Shown: in pieces, positions 9,612 through 16,880 of the stretch | Layout of the letters: each line of letters begins with the position of its first letter | Position numbering within the stretch: the stretch's first letter is position 1 | From: Sedimentisphaerales bacterium | GTDB lineage: Bacteria > Planctomycetota > Phycisphaerae > Sedimentisphaerales > SM23-30 | NCBI GenBank assembly: GCA_963663965.2 | Contig: CAXXFK010000020.1 | Span: 1 to 64,000 of the forward strand | Direction of reading: 5' to 3' | Length of the DNA: 64,000 bases | Program-made: the position numbers and the translations under genes | Notes under the pieces: generated by a model | What the model was told of the DNA's origin: nothing | The model's database searches: none | The model's input: only the letters and a program-made list of their open reading frames with translations

Positions 9612-11174
9612 TTACGCCTCCTCGACCACCTTCCAGCCCAGCGCCTCGGCCAGACCATAAACCGGTTCCTTCAAATCGCCGTAAGCGGTCACCCGGTGCC
9701 AGCCCCACTGGTCCCACATCGAAAACAGCTTTTCGATATCCCCTTTGGGCTCGGCGCAGAGTTTGGTCCGGCAGGCCCGGTCATCCGGATCGTTGTCAAC
9801 CGCGCGCGCCTGATGGAAGAGGATCTCCTTGCGTTCCTGCAGGACCTCCAGCGTGGTGGTCAGATACCCCGTCGGCAGGATCGACCGTACCGACGCGCCC
9901 TGACGGTCTTCCGAATGGGTCATGATACTGAATGGGTTGCTTTGACCTTTGGGCCCGAACACCCGGTTCGAGGCCACACAATGGGCGTAGATAATCTGCC
10001 GCTTACTGGTATCGATCACCGGATCGGAAATATATCCCGGCCGCCCCTGGGTCAGCTGGTTCACCATCAGCATGGTAGCGGTGGACCGGATATCGCATTC
10101 ACACGCCCCGATCAAGCCTTCGTTGCCCAGTTCGTGGAACCCCAGGCAGGGATAGGCGTGAATATGACCGCCGTAAAATCCGCCCAGACAGTTGACCGTA
10201 ATCGCGTTGGCATTGTGTTTCTGCAGGACCGCCTTCATTCCCAGGTACATGGCCGCCGAGTTCTCCAGCGTCTCGCGCGTGACCTCAACCACCGCGCTGG
10301 CATCTTTCTGCCATCGGTCGGCCACCGCCCGCGCCTGGCCCTTGTCGGCGTTCTTCCATGCCTCATTAACTTCCGCGAACGAAATATATTCCAGCGGAAT
10401 GGTCAGTACCGGCTGGGCCGCGCCGCTGTTCTGGTCCCGCACAGCCAGAATTTTTGATTCCTGCAACAGCCTCAGACAATCCGCCGTCGAAACCGGCTTG
10501 AGTGGATCCGGCAGACAGTTCAGCCCGCCCGTTTTCGGCATACCCGCCATCCGGACCTTCGCCACCGCCCCGGCGAAATCGTTCGCGCTGCCCCCTTTGA
10601 CCATTTTGAAACAGCGCACCGCCGCTACCAGATCGTTCGGATTCGACGAGGCGACAAATCCCACATGGCCGGCCCGCTGGCGCAGGAACCCGGCGTTATA
10701 AACCAGGAATCCGCCGCTGCCGCCAAACTGAAAGTCCGCGTACAACACCGGCTTGTTCGTTGCCGCCACCGTCTGGACCACCCGGTTCCAGCAGTTCATC
10801 TGATACACCAGGTAGCCGTCGATAGCCAGATCCTTGTCTTCCGCGACAATCTTTTCGGCCTGTTCCGCGCCCGTCGCCAGGGCGTATCGAAATTCAAAAT
10901 TAGGACAGCCCGCCGCCAGCGTCTGTTTCACCTTTTCCATGGCAGGTTGGAAATCGAACCCCTTGTTGGGCCAGTCCGGCCCCGGCTGTACCGGCGCGTG
11001 CAGCGCGAAAATCACCCGGACGCGAACCTTATCCGCCCGCTCCTGGCCATATGCCCGTACCGGATTCATAAGCATCTCCGCCGCGCCCGCGCAGGCCGCG
11101 CATCCGGCCGCCAGAAAACCACGGCGGTTCATTCGGCAAACACCACAACTGCTTCTGAAATTCCCTGACTGCAT
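9612..11174 (-). CDS. L-fucose/L-arabinose isomerase-like protein with twin-arginine signal
   Basis: NRRGFLAAG Tat motif; AITVNCL...YPCLGF...GACECD, YAHC and ACRTKL motifs typical of this isomerase family; AGGAGG RBS before ATG 11174. Confidence 0.72.
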   Translation of the reverse strand: MQSGNFRSSCGVCRMNRRGFLAAGCAACAGAAEMLMNPVRAYGQERADKVRVRVIFALHAPVQPGPDWPNKGFDFQPAMEKVKQTLAAGCPNFEFRYALATGAEQAEKIVAEDKDLAIDGYLVYQMNCWNRVVQTVAATNKPVLYADFQFGGSGGFLVYNAGFLRQRAGHVGFVASSNPNDLVAAVRCFKMVKGGSANDFAGAVAKVRMAGMPKTGGLNCLPDPLKPVSTADCLRLLQESKILAVRDQNSGAAQPVLTIPLEYISFAEVNEAWKNADKGQARAVADRWQKDASAVVEVTRETLENSAAMYLGMKAVLQKHNANAITVNCLGGFYGGHIHAYPCLGFHELGNEGLIGACECDIRSTATMLMVNQLTQGRPGYISDPVIDTSKRQIIYAHCVASNRVFGPKGQSNPFSIMTHSEDRQGASVRSILPTGYLTTTLEVLQERKEILFHQARAVDNDPDDRACRTKLCAEPKGDIEKLFSMWDQWGWHRVTAYGDLKEPVYGLAEALGWKVVEEA

Positions 11175-11275
11175 CGCTGACCTCCTGAAAAATAGAGTTA
11201 CCAACTTGTCAAACCAACAGTAAACTCCCTGAAGTCTATCCCCCCCGGCAGGTCAATGCAAACGAATTTTCCCCT

Positions 11276-11313
11276 CGTATGGATTCCCTGTACGGAGTTC
11301 ACGCTTTAGCGTG
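11276..11313 (+). repeat. REP-like direct repeat copy 2
   Basis: CGTATGGATTCCCTGTACGGAGTTCACGCTTTAGCGTG, matches 9498-9535. Confidence 0.55.
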
Positions 11314-11498
11314 CCTATTCTTATTTTTTCCCGCAATAAAAATCCGCCCCATCCGCATACCAGAAGCCCGAAGGGTCAAAGATCCGCTTCAGGCGGGCTG
11401 CCAGTCCCTGGCCGGGGCCGTCAGGCCGCCGGACACATTGCCTCTTCCACCCCACAAGCCCGGAACGGGCGACAGATCCTTCGATAATATTATCCATA

Positions 11499-11570
11499 TC
11501 ATTTCAATATTGCCGGATGAAAACATCCAATCAAAACAATAGAGATTCTTTGGGATTTTGTAAATTGCAT
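11499..11570 (-). pseudogene. Probable gene remnant (MQFTKSQRISIVLIGCFHPAILK*)
   Basis: ATG preceded by AGGGA; 23 codons then a stop just inside the left cassette motif. Confidence 0.25.
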
Positions 11571-11687
11571 AGTCCCTGATTTTCAAGATGATTACAATTG
11601 CTCTAAAATTTACCGGTCTCTATACAACTTTGATCAAGATCGATCTTTTAAATTATCGACATGAAATTCAACTTTATTCAAAACTCT

Positions 11688-12512
11688 TCAAATATACCTC
11701 TGCATCTCACCAATATAATCCCATATGGAATTCGATAGGTTTACAATTCTCGTTAATTCAGTATTTAGGCCGTGCAGTGAATTAACTGTTTTTATATGAT
11801 CAAAAAAGTATCCTGCCCTCTTTGGTAATCCTGACTGTGGAAACAGTTGATTCGGATCATGTTTCCAACCCAATTTCTGAATTTCATCTGTTTGTCCATT
11901 TTTTATGCTTGGATACCTAAAAGAGAAACTACTAGGATCCGCTTCATCTAATTCATCTAAAATCGTTTTATTTTGATGGTTTAAGAAAAATTCATTTAAT
12001 GAAGGAGGTTCGTCAGAAAATTCGTTACTCCAATTGTTGATTGCAATTTTAATGCTATCACTAAAATCGTTATAAAGACTTGACAATGAATGTACATTTG
12101 AAAAATTTCTTCTTAGCTGCTCGATACTTGACACATAACCGGATGTGTCAATATTTTGATTGACTGCTTCCAACCAAACTGAAAATAATTTTAAACCTTT
12201 TAGCTTAAGTTCAAATGAATGCCTGACATTAAAGAGCCAGGGCTCTGTAAATCCTACACCACTTTCCCAAAAACATCGCACTATCCCGGCCATATAAATG
12301 CACAGGGAAGTTCTCCAGTATCTATCGGCTAAATCGAAATATCCAAAATCGGGTGATGGATCAACACCATAAGTGATAGGCAGAAAATCAATACCCTGTT
12401 CATTAATCATACTTATGTATTTTTCAATCATGTGCTTTTCATGAAAAGAAGAATCGTTGATTCCAATGCCATCTGATGTTTTTTCGAATAACGACATATA
12501 ACACACTCGCAT
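11688..12512 (-). CDS. Hypothetical protein, HEPN-like fold
   Basis: FNVRHSFELKLK...HSLSSLY...DPSSFSFRYP pattern (RHxxELxLK / HxL / FRYP) resembling HEPN-domain families; AT-rich codons. Confidence 0.7.
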   Translation of the reverse strand: MRVCYMSLFEKTSDGIGINDSSFHEKHMIEKYISMINEQGIDFLPITYGVDPSPDFGYFDLADRYWRTSLCIYMAGIVRCFWESGVGFTEPWLFNVRHSFELKLKGLKLFSVWLEAVNQNIDTSGYVSSIEQLRRNFSNVHSLSSLYNDFSDSIKIAINNWSNEFSDEPPSLNEFFLNHQNKTILDELDEADPSSFSFRYPSIKNGQTDEIQKLGWKHDPNQLFPQSGLPKRAGYFFDHIKTVNSLHGLNTELTRIVNLSNSIWDYIGEMQRYI

Positions 12513-12789
12513 TCAATAACGGAGGGATAATTCAATTACATTGATAACAGTGGTCAGTTGTCACCAATAACTCGCAATCATTTCCAATCATTTTTTTCTA
12601 CTTCTTCAGTAACGCCAGTTACACCTACTATTCATTATCCATAAAACACAGTCTACCGGCACTCCTACGTAATATAATGAGTCCCCTAACAAAATAAGCA
12701 TCAAACACTAACTTATCATACATGCTGGCGATATCTTTCCATAGGAAGGCCTTTTTTGATACGGGGATAGATTTTAAATTAATGCTACT

Positions 12790-13545
12790 TCACTTTTCTG
12801 AACTATCAGTTTCATTACTTAAAATTTCCTTATGATTTTCATTCAAAAATTCTTTTAGTGTTTTCTGAATAGCGTCATTAAGAACTTCAGATGGTCCAAA
12901 ATTTCCCTTCTTCAATTCATCAACAGCATAATGAGTAAATTGCCCTAAAGGAGTATTTCCCAGCTTGATTCGAGATTCATTTGCAATCTCTTTAACCGTT
13001 CTTGGGGGCATGGGTCTTATAGCCTCATAATTTCGAACCAACAGTTTTAATGCCAACAATCTTGCAGCAAGAATAAAATTAATACGAATTGATTCGGGAT
13101 CTTGCGACTTCAATTCAAAATTCATTATTGAAACAAGATTCTCCACATGAGCAACCGTTTGATCAGAATCAAATAAAACATTAAACCCCCGTTTCTTGTG
13201 ATCAAAATGAGCAGCACTATTTCTGATCTTTCGCACAGTTTCTAATGCGCGTGCTTCTGTCTTGTGAATCAAAGCAAATGCGGAACAAAGTGATATCTTG
13301 GAACTAAAAGTGCCAGCCGGACCATGGTATTCCATAAGTGCTTCACCTTCATGGTCTGACACACATGAATTTCTTATGACCAATCCAAGCAGTTCTTCCA
13401 AATAAGCAGATAGGATTAATATAACCCCACGATCCGATTCTGATTCTATATGCAAAGTTAATTCTTTAGCCATTCCAGCCAAATCTTCATCAGATAAATA
13501 TTTCTTATTCTTCTTTTCCCCTGAACCCGGCTTTTTCTTACTCAT
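12790..13545 (-). CDS. MltR/MtlR-like HEPN-superfamily protein
   Basis: ESDRGVILILSAYLEELL...GPAGTFSSKI...LETVRKIRNSAAH, containing an RxxxxH motif; GGAG RBS. Confidence 0.78.
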   Translation of the reverse strand: MSKKKPGSGEKKNKKYLSDEDLAGMAKELTLHIESESDRGVILILSAYLEELLGLVIRNSCVSDHEGEALMEYHGPAGTFSSKISLCSAFALIHKTEARALETVRKIRNSAAHFDHKKRGFNVLFDSDQTVAHVENLVSIMNFELKSQDPESIRINFILAARLLALKLLVRNYEAIRPMPPRTVKEIANESRIKLGNTPLGQFTHYAVDELKKGNFGPSEVLNDAIQKTLKEFLNENHKEILSNETDSSEK

Positions 13546-13655
13546 AACTTACTCCAAAAAAATAATTTTCTAGGAAATCTATAAACAGTCGCCTGTTTCG
13601 TGGAATCTAGGGACAATCGCCCGTTTCCGGTTTATTTTTTTCGCATCTCGCTAAT

Positions 13656-13799
13656 TTAACCGTTCCCTATTTGTGTTTCAGTATAAAGCGTTAGTTGTTC
13701 GCGCGGCCCGATACGGTCTTCCTGCCCTGAAAAATGACAACCCATGATAAAAAAACAAACAACCATTATCCCGGCAATCTTAACCTTCTCGTATTGCAT
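13656..13799 (-). pseudogene. Short or truncated lipoprotein-like ORF (47 aa)
   Basis: AGGAG RBS, MQYEKVKIAGIMVVCFFIMGCHFSGQEDRIGPREQLTLYTETQIGNG*; lipobox-like IMGC; stops about 25 nt before the cassette boundary motif. Confidence 0.35.
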
Positions 13800-14078
13800 A
13801 TTTCACTCCTGATTCAAATAGCAGACTCTATTCATGCTATCCATCATTATAATTTTCAATCCCGGCTTTTTCAACAGGCAAATCGCAGGAGAGTTAAATT
13901 TGTTTACCCATGCCCAAGGTCCGCCGCGGCGGGCTGATCTAACCCGTTTCCCTTCCTTATGCTACCATTAAAATCCCGCCAATCCCGGATTACCCGTTTT
14001 CGCCAATCACCTAACCGAAATCCCCATTTTCACCACCGCGTCAATCCCCCACCATAGACACCACAGCAGATAATACCC

Positions 14079-15122
14079 CTAAACCAAAACCAGCGGCCCC
14101 AACCGTTCACTCAGCAACCTTAACACATCGCCAAAATGATCCACACCATCTTCCACAGGAACCGCCGCGTCAACGATAAGGTCATCGATCCCGGCTTCAA
14201 CGCAAAAATCATTTATCATCGCCAGCGTTTTTTTCAATTCCGACACCAGCAGCAAACCATCCAGCCCCTGCCCCTCCAGTTGCCTCAATGTTCCCCATAC
14301 AATCTCAACCGCCTTCAGCAACGCCGGCCAGTTCATCCATCGCGGCGCCCGGCCCTGGGGTTTAAGCAGATTATCCAGAACCCCCGATTTCAAGCGGTAA
14401 TACTTTTCTTTCCTGGAACTCCTGACCAGCGCCACCCCGGATTGCGCCATTTCCACCAGGGTCGTCTGGATCGTCTTTTGATAATACCCGGTCTGCCGGG
14501 CCGCCCCGCTGGGATGAACCTCTTTCTCCGCCGCCAGCAGACACAATATTTCCGCCCGGGCACAGATCCCCACCAGCGCCCTCATCCTCAGCAGCAGACT
14601 CCCAGGACTCCGCGTATCGAATGACTGCGAATACCCTCGTAAGTGGATCGCCCCCCGCCTCAAACCATGCCTCAAAAATTCCGGGTTCGCGTTATTATCG
14701 TCCGGGCAAGGCAGCGCCCGGCCGGCCCGATCATAAAACAACGGCTCAATTTCATGTTGACAGGTCTGCTTCGCCAGCCCGGCCCACTTCAGCCGGTAAC
14801 TGGATTTTTGACTCAGCAACTCGGCCACCGCGCCCAGTTGCCTCTCGCAGTCGAATTCATACCGCTTCTGAATCCGGCCCAATCGCTGGACATTGATAAA
14901 ATGCCCGTTCACTACCAGCCAGTCAAGGATCTCATCGAACAAACGCGGCTCATACCGGCACACCACCAGCGAAAACAACAGCAGCGCCTCCGGATCGATA
15001 ATCCGACTATCTTCTTCCGGACCGCCCACGCCGGCCACCCCCAGCAGACTCCACTGCCGCCATAGCATATCGAAAATCCGCTCCTCAAATTGAGCTTTAG
15101 ATTCTGTCAGCCAATCGATCAT
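14079..15122 (-). CDS. Hypothetical protein with winged-HTH, partner of the adjacent nucleotidyltransferase
   Basis: LWRQWSLLGV...IIDPEALLL N-terminus; ARAEILCLL...VHPSGAARQTGYYQKTIQTTLVEMAQSG HTH-like segment; start overlaps the 3' end of the upstream gene. Confidence 0.78.
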   Translation of the reverse strand: MIDWLTESKAQFEERIFDMLWRQWSLLGVAGVGGPEEDSRIIDPEALLLFSLVVCRYEPRLFDEILDWLVVNGHFINVQRLGRIQKRYEFDCERQLGAVAELLSQKSSYRLKWAGLAKQTCQHEIEPLFYDRAGRALPCPDDNNANPEFLRHGLRRGAIHLRGYSQSFDTRSPGSLLLRMRALVGICARAEILCLLAAEKEVHPSGAARQTGYYQKTIQTTLVEMAQSGVALVRSSRKEKYYRLKSGVLDNLLKPQGRAPRWMNWPALLKAVEIVWGTLRQLEGQGLDGLLLVSELKKTLAMINDFCVEAGIDDLIVDAAVPVEDGVDHFGDVLRLLSERLGPLVLV

Positions 15123-15696
15123 AACCAAACTCTCGCAAGAAAAGCTTTGTAGCCATCCGGAATCCATCCGAGGGATCGTGAGTCATTGCCCACTCAATCG
15201 CCATAATCATTTCTTCATCAGAGGGCGAAAGCTGCCTCAGATCCGATGCGTGATAACTGCCCAGTTGATCGATGGCAGCATACAATTTAAAATGAATCTG
15301 ATCCAGTCGGCCAACTATATATACCGTTAAGTTCTCTCCTTCGAAATGATTGGTAAGCCGTTCGATAAATCCATTTGGCAATCCGACCCTGAAAAGCCCG
15401 CCATCACCACTGCTCGGACCATTATTCAGCCAGTCTGGAAGTAAATGAAGCGTATCAGCAACTTCCCCGGCTGCGACCACCAGTTCCTCCGGCAACGGTG
15501 CCGGATCGATCAGACATCCTGTCGCATCCAGCAAAGCGACAATATCGACATCCTTCGTCGTTCTTCTGACCAATCGCATGGCATTCAGTCCAGTCCCGCC
15601 ACAAACCACCAGCGAGTATCGACCACTCCGGTTCAGCTTCAATCTGCCATCCAGTAATTGCAATGCTTTCAGAATTTCTTCATATTGATAACTCAT
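15097..15696 (-). CDS. DUF6036-like nucleotidyltransferase (AbiEii/Pol-beta superfamily)
   Basis: LVVCGGTGL...RTTKDVD (GG..DxD), LPDWLNNGP, KLYA..D, H.SDL motifs. Confidence 0.82.
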   Translation of the reverse strand: MSYQYEEILKALQLLDGRLKLNRSGRYSLVVCGGTGLNAMRLVRRTTKDVDIVALLDATGCLIDPAPLPEELVVAAGEVADTLHLLPDWLNNGPSSGDGGLFRVGLPNGFIERLTNHFEGENLTVYIVGRLDQIHFKLYAAIDQLGSYHASDLRQLSPSDEEMIMAIEWAMTHDPSDGFRMATKLFLREFGYDRLADRI

Positions 15697-15702
15697 ATAC
15701 GC

Positions 15703-15742
15703 ATTATCGATAATAATATCACTTATATCAAGTGATATTATT
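15703..15742 (-). promoter_or_regulatory. Promoter of the NTase operon overlapped by a 13-bp-arm inverted repeat operator
   Basis: Minus strand TTGATA-17nt-GATAAT ends 6 nt before ATG 15696. AATAATATCACTT-ATATC-AAGTGATATTATT (15712-15742) is a perfect inverted repeat centred on the -35. Confidence 0.65.
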
Positions 15743-15871
15743 GCTTATTCAACCACAATATCACAAATACAGCCTTATTATTTCTGTAATACCATATATT
15801 TTAACCACTTACAGCATTTCCATTAATCCAGACCACAAATAATTTATTATATACTAAATATAATATATTAT

Positions 15872-15900
15872 TTGACACAAAAGCAACATGGTACTATAAT
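15872..15900 (+). promoter_or_regulatory. Perfect consensus sigma70 promoter
   Basis: TTGACA-CAAAAGCAACATGGTAC(17 nt)-TATAAT with AT-rich upstream sequence. Confidence 0.7.
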
Positions 15901-16030
15901 AACTCAGACTCGGAAATTATCCCCCAGAGAAATTTTAAAAAGCTCATTGACAATCAAATACGCAACCAAAATTTGGGCCGCCCATTTGCCACCCCAACAA
16001 CATCACCACAACCCGAAACTCAACAAAATC

Positions 16031-16804
16031 CCAAACGAACCCAATCCAAAAATTTTTAACCATAATCAATTTATAGACAACAACTTAAACATTATTACCC
16101 TTTAACAAAACATCCCAGAGCATGTTTATTTAGTGTTAATTCTGACTACTATCCTTCATGTACATGATTTTTTATGTTATTTTAAAGAACACTATCTTAT
16201 AACTATTTAATAATCATATAGTTAACGTAAGATTTGGGGTGATGAAGTTTCAATCTGAATCAATCCGCCAAACAGGCCACCGGCCCTTCGTGTAGCGCCG
16301 CAGGCGCTCTTCGTGAAGCCGAAGGCGCTTCGTGGTTATAATCTCTTTTATTATAATCTGTTACGATTATATTCTTGATTCAGCTGTTTAATCTTTGTGG
16401 CTTTGTGACTTCGTGTGAAACCCGGCTGTTTGACTACTCTCTACTATTGATTTCCATACCCCCGTTCCAAACGAACCCAATTAACAGAAAACAACTGTAA
16501 CAACTTTTATAACAATGCTTTATACTATATTTCTTATTCGTGTTAATTTGTATTCAGTTTGTTCATTGGTATATCTGGCTGTTTCATCTGCGTCCATCTG
16601 TGTCCATCTGCGGTTCTGACGCTTACTCATGGTTCTGCCATTGTCAGCGGCTCAATGTGAAATCCATTGTTTAAACCTCATACGGCCGAACCACCCTGCT
16701 ATCTAAACAAACCCAATCTTACCCAAATTAACATCCCAGGCCTTTATCTTGTTCAGGAGCCCGCCAATAGAACCCGTACCAGTCCCAATCCAAACGAACC
16801 CAAT
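16031..16804 (+). repeat. Four dispersed copies of CCAAACGAACCCAAT plus short tandem motifs
   Basis: Copies at 16031, 16467, 16790 (exact) and 16703 (CTAAACAAACCCAAT); interspersed (CTTCGTG)x3 near 16290-16335 and (CATCTG)x3 near 16585-16612. Confidence 0.75.
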
Positions 16805-16880
16805 CGTAATAAAAAGACATGTATCAACTTTAATTGCAGGTTGTTACAATTACTTTCAGCAGATCAGTATATTCCCACGG

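Larger units (their letters stand above)
11460..13630. mobile_element. Putative AT-rich acquired cassette bounded by inverted short motifs
   Basis: Sharp visible drop in GC. Left end reads TGTCGCCCGTTCCGG on the minus strand (11460-11474). Right end has two tandem plus-strand copies, ACAGTCGCCTGTTTC and ACAATCGCCCGTTTCCGG (13585-13630). No recombinase gene inside. Confidence 0.45.

Noticed and set aside
11480..13600. Integron cassette array
   Set aside because: No convincing attC (RYYYAAC...GTTRRRY) sites after the genes and no integron integrase.
16031..16804. CRISPR array
   Set aside because: Repeat is only 15 nt, spacing is irregular (87-436 nt) and no cas genes are present.
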